Source of the DNA: Candidatus Portnoybacteria bacterium RIFCSPLOWO2_01_FULL_43_11
Lineage (GTDB): Bacteria > Patescibacteriota > Minisyncoccia > Portnoybacterales > UBA2143
Direction: 5' to 3'
Length of the DNA stretch: 48,436 bases
NCBI GenBank assembly: GCA_001819605.1
Contig: MHNE01000002.1
Span: 1-48,436 of the forward strand
Positions 9,417 through 18,185 of the stretch are shown piece after piece. The notes below the pieces were generated by a model that had not been told where the DNA came from, searched no databases, and saw nothing but the letters and a program-made list of their open reading frames with translations. Numbering within the stretch: the stretch's first letter is position 1; each line of letters begins with the position of its first letter. Position numbers and translations under genes: made by a program.

Positions 9417-11243
9417 ATGTCTGATTATCAAAAAAACATCAGAAATTTTTGCATCATTTCACATATTGATCATGGTAAATCCACATTGGCGGACCGGCTT
9501 TTGGAATTAACCGGGACTATTGAAAAAAGAAAAATGCGGGAGCAGTTTTTAGATATGATGGATTTGGAAAGGGAAAAGGGGATTACGATTAAACTTCAGC
9601 CGGTGAGGTTGGAATATAAAAAAACATTCATTCTGAATCTGATTGATACTCCGGGCCATGTTGATTTTTCCTATGAAGTTTCCCGGAGCTTGGCCGCGGT
9701 AGAAGGAGCGATTTTACTGGTTGACGCGAGTCAGGGCATTCAGGCCCAGACATTGGCTAATTTATACTTGGCTCAAGAGCAAAATTTAGTTATTATTCCG
9801 GTAATTAACAAGATTGACTTAGCGAACGCGCGAATAGAAGAAGCGGAGAAGGAAATAAAAAATATTTTAGGGCAGGGGATAGAAATTTTAAAAATTTCAG
9901 CCAAAAACGGCGAGAATATTGAACGGGTTTTAGAAGCGATTATTGAAAAAATACCGGCGCCTCAAGGCAGTTCTATCGTTCCTTTGCGGGCTTTGATTTT
10001 TGATTCTAAATACGACTCGTATAAAGGCGTTATTGCTTATGTGAGGGTTGTTGACGGTCAGATTAAAAAAGGCGAGAAAATTTTAATGATGGCTTCAGAA
10101 GCGGAGAGCGAGGTCGTAGAAGTGGGGATTTTTAATCCTGCTTTAAAGGCAACGGATATTTTAAAAACCGGAGAGATTGGATACATAGCCACGGGCTTAA
10201 AAGAGATTGAGAAGTGCAGGGTAGGGGATACCATAACAAATTCAAAATTCAAAATTCAAAATTCAAAATTTATTGAAATAGAACCATTATTGGGATACGA
10301 AGAACCTAAGCCAATGATTTTTGCGGGTTTTTATCCGATTGAAGGAGATGATTTTGATTTGTTAAAAGACGGTTTGGATAAATTAAAACTTAATGATTCT
10401 TCATTGACTTTTACCCCGCACCTTTCAAAGATAGGCGCGGAGCGCCAATTTAATAACCAATCTTTGAAAGGTGCGGGGTTTAAACTGGAATCTTCAGAAG
10501 CCCTGGGCAGGGGATTTCAGTGCGGTTTCTTGGGTCTTCTTCATTTAGAAATTATCAGCCAACGGCTTAAAAGAGAATATGACTTGAATTTAGTTATTAC
10601 CAATCCTTCAGTTTCGTACCGCCGGATTCAAGGAGAAAACTCTAAAATGGAAGAGCCGTGGGTAAAGTTGGAAATTATTACCCCAAATCAATACTTGGGT
10701 CAGGTGATGAAGCTGGCCTCGGGCTTATTAAACGGGCAATACAAAGATACTCAATATCTTAGCCCGGAAAAAGTTTTGGCGACTTATGAAGCGCCTTTGG
10801 GAGAAATTATTATAGATTTTTACGACCGCTTAAAAGGCGCGACTACCGGCTACGGTTCCATGGCCTATGAGCTGATTGATTATCGGCCGGCTGATTTGGT
10901 CAAATTGGATATTTTAATAGCCGGAGAAAAAGTGGAAGCGTTTTCTAAAATTATTCCAAAACAAAAAGCCGAGCAGGAAGGCCGGGCTTTAGTGAAAAGA
11001 CTAAAAGAAGTGATTCCGCCTCATCAGTTTAGCATTCCTATTCAGGCGGCTATTGGCGGCAAAATCATTGCCAGAGAAACGATTAGGTCTTTGAGAAAAG
11101 ACGTAATCGCCGGCTTGTACGGCGGCGATTATACGCGCAAAAGAAAACTCTTGGAAAAACAAAAAAAAGGCAAAAAAAGATTAAAGCAGTTTGGCGAAGT
11201 TTCTCTTTCTCAAGAAGTATTTTTAAAGGCCTTGAGAAGATGA
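9417..11243 (+). CDS. lepA: Translation elongation factor 4 (LepA), carrying an in-frame palindromic insertion and a heptanucleotide array
   Basis: G1-G4 GTPase motifs (HIDHGKST, DTPGH, NKID) and the LepA C-terminal signature (...IPIQAAIGGKIIARETI...LEKQKKGKKR). Confidence 0.95.
   Translation: MSDYQKNIRNFCIISHIDHGKSTLADRLLELTGTIEKRKMREQFLDMMDLEREKGITIKLQPVRLEYKKTFILNLIDTPGHVDFSYEVSRSLAAVEGAILLVDASQGIQAQTLANLYLAQEQNLVIIPVINKIDLANARIEEAEKEIKNILGQGIEILKISAKNGENIERVLEAIIEKIPAPQGSSIVPLRALIFDSKYDSYKGVIAYVRVVDGQIKKGEKILMMASEAESEVVEVGIFNPALKATDILKTGEIGYIATGLKEIEKCRVGDTITNSKFKIQNSKFIEIEPLLGYEEPKPMIFAGFYPIEGDDFDLLKDGLDKLKLNDSSLTFTPHLSKIGAERQFNNQSLKGAGFKLESSEALGRGFQCGFLGLLHLEIISQRLKREYDLNLVITNPSVSYRRIQGENSKMEEPWVKLEIITPNQYLGQVMKLASGLLNGQYKDTQYLSPEKVLATYEAPLGEIIIDFYDRLKGATTGYGSMAYELIDYRPADLVKLDILIAGEKVEAFSKIIPKQKAEQEGRALVKRLKEVIPPHQFSIPIQAAIGGKIIARETIRSLRKDVIAGLYGGDYTRKRKLLEKQKKGKKRLKQFGEVSLSQEVFLKALRR
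10238..10271. repeat. Heptanucleotide tandem array (AAAATTC, about 5 units) inside lepA
   Basis: The DNA reads caaattc aaaattc aaaattc aaaattc aaaattt and translates to NSKFKIQNSKF. Confidence 0.85.
10414..10478. mobile_element. Palindromic MITE-like element, copy 1 (CCCCGCACCT tips), in-frame in lepA
   Basis: Perfect 18-bp terminal inverted repeat CCCCGCACCTTTCAAAGA / TCTTTGAAAGGTGCGGGG. Flanked by TTTA direct repeats at 10410-10413 and 10479-10482. Element plus one repeat is 69 bp, or 23 codons. Confidence 0.8.
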
Positions 11244-11259
11244 GCGGATTTTGTTAGTC

Positions 11260-11364
11260 TTAGAGAAGGGGAATAAACAAAAAAACAATCATGCTCAACA
11301 CAACCAAGCTGGCTAAAATTATCCAGGCCAAACGGAAAATCTTATTACGAGTAGACCCTTTCAT
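11260..11364 (-). CDS. Possible small membrane protein (34 aa, MKGSTRNKIFRLAWIILASLVVLSMIVFLFIPLL)
   Basis: Not in the ORF track because it is shorter than 60 aa. One hydrophobic helix. An extended -10 (TGATATAAT, minus strand, 11375-11383) ends about 10 nt upstream of the ATG, which suggests a leaderless mRNA. Confidence 0.35.
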   Translation of the reverse strand: MKGSTRNKIFRLAWIILASLVVLSMIVFLFIPLL

Positions 11365-11386
11365 GTTTTAAATAATTATATCAAAG

Positions 11387-11863
11387 ATGTCTAATCAAAG
11401 CAATAAAATTTTCATCAGAAAACTTCTTAGCTCCAAGGTTTTTCTTTTTTTGGTTATTCTGGCGTTAATCTGGCTGGCTTTGGGCGCGGGCCGGGAAAGT
11501 TACCGCAAATATCAATTAACCAAAGAGATTAAAAATTTAAAAGCGGAGATTTCAAAGCTGGAAGGCGGCAATCAGCAGCTTAATAATTTAATAGAATATT
11601 TTCAGGACGAATCTTATTTGGAAAAAGAAGCTCGGTTAAAATTAAATTTAACCAAGCCGGGCGAGAAGGTCGTAATTGTGCCGGAAAGCGGTTCTGCCCA
11701 AGAAGCTCCTTTTCAAGAAGATTCATTAGCCGATAATAATCAAGACAGAGATTTTAATGAAGGAATTGCCGGGCTTAATCCGTCTTTAGTCAAAACAAAC
11801 CAGACAGAATCAGAAACGCCGAATTGGTGGAAATGGTGGGAGTATTTTTTTGCGCGAGAGTAG
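11387..11863 (+). CDS. Septum formation initiator, FtsB/DivIC family
   Basis: N-terminal TM helix followed by a coiled coil (YQLTKEIKNLKAEISKLEGGNQQLNNLIEYFQDESYLEKEARLKLNLTKPGEKVVIV). Confidence 0.7.
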   Translation: MSNQSNKIFIRKLLSSKVFLFLVILALIWLALGAGRESYRKYQLTKEIKNLKAEISKLEGGNQQLNNLIEYFQDESYLEKEARLKLNLTKPGEKVVIVPESGSAQEAPFQEDSLADNNQDRDFNEGIAGLNPSLVKTNQTESETPNWWKWWEYFFARE

Positions 11864-11924
11864 TTTAGCGGCAGAACAGTTCCTTCCCAAGGAACAAATG
11901 GGGGTTCGATTCCCCTCTCTCGCT
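11854..11924 (+). tRNA. tRNA-Gly (anticodon CCC)
   Basis: Acceptor stem GCGAGAG/CTCTCGC, anticodon stem GTTCC/GGAAC with loop TTCCCAA, T arm GGGGG-TTCGATT-CCCCT. No encoded CCA. The 5-prime end overlaps the last 10 nt of the preceding CDS. Confidence 0.85.
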
Positions 11925-12064
11925 TTGAGATTAAATTTTTTGCGTCCATTTTCAATAGAATTTTTGATTTTTTCTCGCAATGTAATATAAAGCCGATCAA
12001 TCATTATTTGCGCGTCGTTTAAAAACATTTCAAGCGCTGCGCAAATATTTTGATTCAAACACAG

Positions 12065-14125
12065 ATGAATAAAAGAAAATTATTTTTAGCAATATGGCTG
12101 GCAATCAGCGCGGCGCTTTTTATTAAAATTCAGCTGGTTCTTGCGGGAGGAGGTGTGCCTCAGATAATTTCGCCTAATGGCGGCGAAACTTGGAATATTG
12201 CTGAAACGCATAAAATTACATGGAATCATCCAAGTGAAACCTTAGGAAAAACAATTCAACTATCAATCCACTTATTGGGCCCGGATAGTTATTTAATAGG
12301 TAGTTCTGCCGCGCCCGGCAAGGATTTACTTTTATATGGTCCGACTAACGTCTTAATTAATTCCTTTTCCGGTGAGTTTTTATGGACCATTCCGAATTCT
12401 TTGGCTGATGGTTCATATAAAATAGAGGTTGAAGAGTATGACCCATCCGCAGGTTTGAATCATATTGATTTAAGCGATGCGCCATTCGGCATCAAGGAAT
12501 CGCTTGTCAACGGCATTGTGAGCGGCGGTTGCGTTGCGTTTTCGGTAGATAATGCTGTTTCAGTTTCTGAAGCAAAAATTAATTTAAACGGAAAATCGTA
12601 TACTATTCCGGCTAGCGCTATAAGCATATCAAAAGACAGCACGTCTATTTACGCGTTTGTTCCGCCAGACGGCACATCTCCTAAATTTCAGCCAAGCATC
12701 GGTACGACCGGAGCGTATTATCAGCAATATGGTTTTATTATCGCCGATATTAGATATCAAGATAACAAGATTTATATTATAAATAACCTTTCGTCAAAAA
12801 GATTGGACTCGGCCGGAACATGCCCAAATTATACGTCAGTCAAAACAGCGGCGCAGGTTAATGTGTCTGGCGATCCTTCGTTTGTAGGCGCAACATTTAG
12901 CCCTGGGCAATCAAATGTAGTTGTTGGCAGATTCAAAATTTCAGCAACTGGAGGAGACGTGATAATAAATAAGTTTGTAATATCGGCTGATACCCGGAAA
13001 GGAAATTTTAAACAACTTGATATTTATGACATTACTTCAGGCGCGGAAAATCATATTTTCGGATTTGGAGGAAATGAATCTGATAATACCTCGCCGAGCG
13101 TATACGAATCAGGCGTATTTAACAACGGGATATTGTTTATTCCGGCCGGAACTACAAAAGTTATTCAGCTCAAGACTAATATTTCATCGTCCGCAACTCC
13201 AAGCGGCTTTAAATTCGCGATAACTTCTTTTGGGTTTAGTAATACTATTACTCCGATAATTTCGGGCCTTACGGCCTATAGCGGTTCTGTTGCGATTCAG
13301 GATAGCTTAACCGGCTTCCTTGATACAAATTTTTCGCAAATTGGATACACTACAAATTACGCGATTAATACAGATGACGGGGTTAAGATTTTATTTATTG
13401 CGGCTAACGCTTCCATTAATGATTCAAACGATGTTCAGCTTACTTATAAAGATTTAAAATCCGGAATGAATGTTAGGGTTTTTGGCAGTAAGAATAGTTA
13501 TTATAGCAATACATGGGATATTAATTCTATCCGGGTACTATCTCCGGTTCCGGTTATATTTCCGTATCCTAATGGCGCTATCGTTAAAACTTCCTCCAGC
13601 GACAAGATTTATCTTATTGAAAGCAACAAGAAAAGATGGATAACTAATACAGAGGCATTTCTTGCTTATGGGCTTAAACCGAATTCTGAAATAATTATCT
13701 CTCAAACTGATCTTGATAAATATCCATTTGGTCCAGATATCACTGCTGCCACTCCTAATTTATCCGAAGGCGCTTTGATTCGCGCTAAAGGAGATATTGA
13801 TGTTTGGATTGTTAAGTATGTCGGCGCCAAGAAATTCAAACGTTTAATTTTAAGTCCAAGCGCATTTAATAGCTACGGCCACCTAAGGTGGAGCAACATT
13901 AAAGATATTGACAGGTCAACGGTTGATTCATTCACGACCTCTGATTTAGTCAGGGCTGTTAATGATTTCAAAGTTTATAAACTCTATCCATCCGGTGACA
14001 CGGGGCAGAAACGTTTAGTTGCCACGGCAGACACTTTTAACCGCCTGGGGTTTGATTGGGATTCAATTTATCAGATAAATCAGATTGACCGAAATTTGTA
14101 TAATGCTGGGCAAATAATAGAATAA
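12065..14125 (+). CDS. Secreted surface protein with the shared C-terminal module
   Basis: Signal-peptide-like N-terminus (MNKRKLFLAIWLAISAALFIKIQLVLA) from the ATG at 12065. The C-terminal part of about 190 aa is homologous to the ends of the giant protein and of 14139..14663. Confidence 0.75.
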   Translation: MNKRKLFLAIWLAISAALFIKIQLVLAGGGVPQIISPNGGETWNIAETHKITWNHPSETLGKTIQLSIHLLGPDSYLIGSSAAPGKDLLLYGPTNVLINSFSGEFLWTIPNSLADGSYKIEVEEYDPSAGLNHIDLSDAPFGIKESLVNGIVSGGCVAFSVDNAVSVSEAKINLNGKSYTIPASAISISKDSTSIYAFVPPDGTSPKFQPSIGTTGAYYQQYGFIIADIRYQDNKIYIINNLSSKRLDSAGTCPNYTSVKTAAQVNVSGDPSFVGATFSPGQSNVVVGRFKISATGGDVIINKFVISADTRKGNFKQLDIYDITSGAENHIFGFGGNESDNTSPSVYESGVFNNGILFIPAGTTKVIQLKTNISSSATPSGFKFAITSFGFSNTITPIISGLTAYSGSVAIQDSLTGFLDTNFSQIGYTTNYAINTDDGVKILFIAANASINDSNDVQLTYKDLKSGMNVRVFGSKNSYYSNTWDINSIRVLSPVPVIFPYPNGAIVKTSSSDKIYLIESNKKRWITNTEAFLAYGLKPNSEIIISQTDLDKYPFGPDITAATPNLSEGALIRAKGDIDVWIVKYVGAKKFKRLILSPSAFNSYGHLRWSNIKDIDRSTVDSFTTSDLVRAVNDFKVYKLYPSGDTGQKRLVATADTFNRLGFDWDSIYQINQIDRNLYNAGQIIE

Positions 14126-14138
14126 ATTCTATATTATA

Positions 14139-14663
14139 ATGAACAACAAAAAGATATTTTTAATAATCGGATTGATAATTATAGGTTATGGCAGTTCTGG
14201 CTTTGGCCAAGATAAGTTTACTGCTTTTCGCGCCTTGGCCGCCGAATCCCTGCCTTCTCTTCCTCCTTCTCAAATTCCTTTTCTTAACGTCTCTATTTTT
14301 GAAGGAGACCTGATTCGCGCTGTTGGCGATATTGACGTTTATATCGTTAAATATGTCGGCTCTAAAAAATTTAAGCGGCTGATTTTAAGTCCGTCCGTAT
14401 TTGATAGTTACGGCCATCTTAAATGGGGTAACATAAAAGACATTGACGAATCTATAGTTGATTCATTCGCGATCTCTGATTTGGTCAGGGCCGCTAACGA
14501 TTATAAAGTTTACAAGCTTATTCCGGAGGGCGACGCTGGCCAGCGTTTGTGGATAAAAACAGCCGAGGTTTTTATTGAACAAGGACTTGATTGGGACGCG
14601 GTCCATCAAGTAAATCAAGTCGAAAGAGATTCCTATGTTGACGGCCCGGCCATAGAAAAATGA
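14139..14663 (+). CDS. Small secreted protein consisting mainly of the shared C-terminal module
   Basis: Signal peptide, then GDLIRAVGDIDVYIVKYVGSKKFKRLILSPSVFDSYGHLKWGNIKDID..., closely similar in protein and DNA to 13780..14100. Confidence 0.75.
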   Translation: MNNKKIFLIIGLIIIGYGSSGFGQDKFTAFRALAAESLPSLPPSQIPFLNVSIFEGDLIRAVGDIDVYIVKYVGSKKFKRLILSPSVFDSYGHLKWGNIKDIDESIVDSFAISDLVRAANDYKVYKLIPEGDAGQRLWIKTAEVFIEQGLDWDAVHQVNQVERDSYVDGPAIEK

Positions 14664-15889
14664 AGAAATCTCTAAGAGACAAAAAAATTATTATTGTCGG
14701 CGCCGGGTTTGGCGGAGTCAGATGCGCTCTGGATTTAATCGCTCAAAAACCGCCCAAGACGAGAATAATTCTTATAAGCGATAAACCTCATTTTGAATAC
14801 AACCCCACTCTTTATCGGGCCGTTACCGGCCGCTCTCCTCTGGAAGTTTGTATCCCCCTTGAAGAAATTTTTAAAAACAAGGAAATAGAAGTGCTTGAAG
14901 ATTTTATTACTGAATTTGACTTAAAAGAGAAAATATTAAAAGGAAAAAGCGGCTCCCGTTATTCTTTTGATTTTCTTGTTTTAGCCATGGGAAGCGAAAC
15001 CGCTTATTTTGACATACCGGGATTAAAAGAATTGTCATTCGGGTTTAAGTCTATTCGCGAGGCGCTCCTGCTTAAAAAACATTTTCACGAATTATTCACT
15101 TTTTATGAAAAAGCCGATCTTGAAGAAAAAGTCAAAGCGGCTCACATTGTCATAGTGGGCGGCGGAGCGACCGGAGTGGAGCTGGCCGGCGAATTGGCCG
15201 TTTATACAAAGAGAATGGCCAAAAATCATAATTTAGACCCTTCTTTGATAACCATTGATATTATTGAGGCCGCCTCGCGGCTTTTGCCGGCTCTTTTAAA
15301 AAATATCTCAGAGAAAGTTGAGAGCCGCTTGCGCGAATTGGGCGTGAATGTTTTCCTTAACAGAAAAGTGGTTAAAGAAGAAGTTGAAGAAGTTTTTTTA
15401 AAAGATATGGAGCTGAAAACAAAAACCGTTATCTGGACAGCCGGAACGCGGCCTAATTATCTTTATACGCAAATCAAAGGATTGGATTTTGACCAAAATG
15501 GGCGGGTAAAAGTAAATGAATTCTTGGAAGCGGAAGAATTTAATGATATTTTTATCATCGGCGACGCGGCCGCTACGACTTATTCGGGAATGGCCCAAAC
15601 CGCTATTCATAACGGCCGCTACGCGGCTAAAATAATCAGCCGTAAAATTCGCTCCCAATCGTTTTTTCCCTATAAAGATAAAAAGCCCGCTTACGCCATA
15701 CCAGTCGGGCCAAGCTGGGCCGCTGTTTTAATCGGCCCTTTGAGGTTTTACGGAAGATTCGGCTGGCTGGTTCGCCGTTTGGCCGATTTGCGGTATTTTT
15801 TATCTATTCTTTCATTTAAAAAAGCGCTTTTGGCTTTTAGAACAGGGAAAATACTTTGGGAATCATGTCCTATTTGTTTCAATGATTAA
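14660..15889 (+). CDS. ndh: Type II NADH dehydrogenase-like FAD-dependent pyridine nucleotide-disulfide oxidoreductase
   Basis: Two Rossmann dinucleotide motifs (IIIVGAGFGGV and IVIVGGGATGVELAGEL) and the IIGDAA motif, an NDH-2-like layout. Confidence 0.75.
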   Translation: MKKSLRDKKIIIVGAGFGGVRCALDLIAQKPPKTRIILISDKPHFEYNPTLYRAVTGRSPLEVCIPLEEIFKNKEIEVLEDFITEFDLKEKILKGKSGSRYSFDFLVLAMGSETAYFDIPGLKELSFGFKSIREALLLKKHFHELFTFYEKADLEEKVKAAHIVIVGGGATGVELAGELAVYTKRMAKNHNLDPSLITIDIIEAASRLLPALLKNISEKVESRLRELGVNVFLNRKVVKEEVEEVFLKDMELKTKTVIWTAGTRPNYLYTQIKGLDFDQNGRVKVNEFLEAEEFNDIFIIGDAAATTYSGMAQTAIHNGRYAAKIISRKIRSQSFFPYKDKKPAYAIPVGPSWAAVLIGPLRFYGRFGWLVRRLADLRYFLSILSFKKALLAFRTGKILWESCPICFND

Positions 15890-15934
15890 GGTTTTTCAAA
15901 AGGTCGAAAATAACTTACGATAAATAGAATAACT

Positions 15935-16381
15935 ATGAGTCAATTTCAAAAAATATCTTTATTTCTGCTTCGCATCTCAATGGGCTGGCTTTTCTTTTAC
16001 GCCGGCATTACCAAAGTTTTAGACCCTAAATGGTCCGCGGCCGGCTATCTTAAGGGAGCAAAAACTTTTACCGGGTTTTATCAATGGCTGGTTGGGTCGG
16101 ATATTTTGCCGATAATCAACTTTATCAATGAATGGGGGCTGACTCTTTTGGGCGTTTCGCTGATTCTCGGTATTTTTGTCCGGATGAGTTCCGTTTTAGG
16201 CGCTGTTTTAATGCTTCTTTATTATTTTCCGATTCTTGAATTTCCTTATGTCGGCCATTCATTTTTAGTTGACGAGCATATTATTTATGCTTTAGCGTTG
16301 ATAATGTTCGCCAGTCTTCGCGTTGAACGACTCTGGGGTTTGGAAAATCTGTTTTTAAAATTAATCCGTTGGTCTAAGTAG
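15935..16381 (+). CDS. DoxX-family membrane protein
   Basis: Four-TM protein with a DoxX-type N-terminus (LLRISMGWLFFYAGITKVLDPKW). Confidence 0.65.
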   Translation: MSQFQKISLFLLRISMGWLFFYAGITKVLDPKWSAAGYLKGAKTFTGFYQWLVGSDILPIINFINEWGLTLLGVSLILGIFVRMSSVLGAVLMLLYYFPILEFPYVGHSFLVDEHIIYALALIMFASLRVERLWGLENLFLKLIRWSK

Positions 16382-16389
16382 GGAATTTT

Positions 16390-16461
16390 GCCAGCATAGC
16401 TCAGCGGTAGAGCAACTCTTTCGTAAAGAGTAGGTCGGGGGTTCAAATCCCTCTGCTGGCT
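16390..16461 (+). tRNA. tRNA-Thr (anticodon CGU)
   Basis: Acceptor stem GCCAGCA/TGCTGGC, D arm TAGCTCAGCGGTAGAGC, anticodon stem ACTCT/AGAGT with loop TTCGTAA, T loop GGTTCAAATCC. Confidence 0.85.
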
Positions 16462-16529
16462 TTATAATTTTATCATGTTTTATTTGACAAATATATTATG
16501 GTATGATATATCTCTGTTAAGTTTAAAAA

Positions 16530-17540
16530 TAGTACGTTTTACCCCGAAGCGCAACACCCGCTATTTAAAAAATTAGCATAGAATACCTCTTTGGGAGTTA
16601 ACCAATTAAGGCATTTTCTCGGTCGGCCGTTAATGGTATCAATGATAGCGGATATTTCCTCGTCAGTGTAATTTTCCAAAGGTCTTTTCTTGGGAATATA
16701 TTCCCGAATAAGTTTAAACGCATTTTCAACCGCTCCTTTTTCCCAAGCGGAATAAGGATGACAGAAGAAAGTTTTAATTCCCAGTTCTTTGTATCTCGCG
16801 TTTTCCGGGCCGCTATCAAACGTTAGGGATTGGACTGGAAGAGATTGAAAAATGTCTTTGAATCCTTCCATCGCGTTCTTTAACCGAGATATTTTTTTAC
16901 TCAGAATGAATCTGGATTTCCTTTCAATAGCGGCGGCTAAAGTTTCCTTGGCCCATTTAGGATAGCCCATAGTATCGGTCTCAAAGTCGCCGTATCTCCT
17001 TCGTTCGGCAATAACCCTCGGCCTTTTATCAATAAATACGCGGTTTTTGATAATTTCTTTTGTCCGTTTAACGTTTGTCCTTTTCTTTCTTCCATATTGC
17101 TTGTATCTGAGATATCCGCGCATATCCTGACCGTATTGACCGTAAAGATATTTGTAAATGACCGTGTAGTGGACAGATTTTCCGATATCTAATTTCATTC
17201 TGCCGGCAATAGATTCCGGCGACCATGAAAGCTTAAGTTTTTTCCGAATATAATTTTCAACCTCTATATCCCTTCTAATTTTCATGCCTTGGTATTTAGA
17301 ATATTTTCTGTTCACATGCGCCTTGTGGCTGGCTTTCTTTGGATTATAGACTCCGTTAGTGGAATTGCGTTTGATCTCACGTCTTACTGAAGACGGACTT
17401 CTTAAAAGAGCATGACTAATGTCTCTTTGGGAATAGCCCTTCTTCAGTAGGATGGCGAGCTCATTTCGTTCATTCTGCGTGAAGCGTTTGTACCTCATAT
17501 ATGTTAATTATGAGGTGTTGCGCTTCAAAAGCAAATTTGT
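16530..17540 (-). mobile_element. IS30-family insertion sequence (ends approximate)
   Basis: Intact transposase flanked by the inverted repeat core GAAGCGCAACACC (16546-16558) / GGTGTTGCGCTTC (17514-17526). Sits between tRNA-Thr and the GC-rich cassette. Confidence 0.8.
16539..17498 (-). CDS. IS30-family DDE transposase
   Basis: N-terminal HTH (ERNELAILLKKGYSQRDISHALLRSPSSVRREIKRN) plus an rve-type catalytic core (FETDTM..., LTFDSGPENA..., WEKGAVEN). Confidence 0.9.
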   Translation of the reverse strand: MRYKRFTQNERNELAILLKKGYSQRDISHALLRSPSSVRREIKRNSTNGVYNPKKASHKAHVNRKYSKYQGMKIRRDIEVENYIRKKLKLSWSPESIAGRMKLDIGKSVHYTVIYKYLYGQYGQDMRGYLRYKQYGRKKRTNVKRTKEIIKNRVFIDKRPRVIAERRRYGDFETDTMGYPKWAKETLAAAIERKSRFILSKKISRLKNAMEGFKDIFQSLPVQSLTFDSGPENARYKELGIKTFFCHPYSAWEKGAVENAFKLIREYIPKKRPLENYTDEEISAIIDTINGRPRKCLNWLTPKEVFYANFLNSGCCASG

Positions 17541-17656
17541 GAAAATTTGATCTTTTAAAAACTTATATTTTGAAGCCCAAAAGGAGGTGAAAATTTTTGG
17601 CTTTGGTGGTTTGTATATTTATATTAAACTTTTTTATTTTAAAGGAGGAAGGAAGA

Positions 17657-18160
17657 ATGGGACAGAAATGGCAGGATTATAAGAGAGCCGCGGAGCGCGG
17701 TCCGATGGCGATTGCTGTTAAGGTAATACTCTCCATATTTGTGTTCGGTGTCCTTATCTCGGTCATCGGATACGGCCTCGGCTGGTTCGGTGAGACGGCG
17801 AGAGTCACCCAGGAGGAATTCGGGCCTCGCGCGATGCTCGAGAAGTACGAGTGGTTCAAGGACGCGGCCGCCCAGCTCGAAAAGAAGCAGGCGGACATCG
17901 CGGTCTACGACGGACGCATGACGGCGATGAACGGGACCTACAAGGACCTCGTTCGCCAGAAGTGGCCGCGCGAAGACCGCGAGCAGTACAACGTCTGGTC
18001 GTCGGAAGTTGCTGGCGTGAAAGCGAGCTACAACTCGCTCGCCGCCGAATACAACGCGCAGATGGTCAAATTCAATTGGCGCTTTACCAATGTCGGCGAG
18101 CTCCCGAAGGGCGCGGAACAACCGCTTCTCCGTGAGTTCAAGCCGTACACCACCCAGTAA
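17657..18160 (+). CDS. GC-rich foreign gene 1: single-pass membrane protein, weakly LemA-like at the C-terminus
   Basis: ATG at 17657 is preceded by AAAGGAGG. One TM helix (MAIAVKVILSIFVFGVLISVIGYGLGWF). The tail YNSLAAEYNAQMVKFNWRFTNVG resembles the LemA C-terminal motif. An in-frame TTG at 17597 with its own SD is an alternative start. Confidence 0.7.
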   Translation: MGQKWQDYKRAAERGPMAIAVKVILSIFVFGVLISVIGYGLGWFGETARVTQEEFGPRAMLEKYEWFKDAAAQLEKKQADIAVYDGRMTAMNGTYKDLVRQKWPREDREQYNVWSSEVAGVKASYNSLAAEYNAQMVKFNWRFTNVGELPKGAEQPLLREFKPYTTQ

Positions 18161-18185
18161 CCCGGAAACGAAAGGAGAAACGAAG

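Noticed and set aside
10414-10478. Palindromes in lepA and prfB as intragenic terminators or attenuators, or as spliced intervening sequences
   Set aside because: No T-tract follows either hairpin. Both inserts preserve the reading frame and lack stop codons, which would not be required if they were removed from the mRNA. Splicing cannot be formally excluded without RNA data.
11854-11863. 10-nt overlap between the FtsB-like CDS and tRNA-Gly as a sign of misannotation
   Set aside because: Both features are individually well supported and the overlap covers only the last three codons plus the stop. This is compact-genome packing rather than an error.
16530-17540. IS30 element as the autonomous partner of the CCCCGCACCT palindromic elements
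   Set aside because: Its terminal repeats (GGTGTTGCGCTTC core) are unrelated to the element tips. From memory, IS30-family elements give duplications of 2-3 bp, not the 4 bp seen here.
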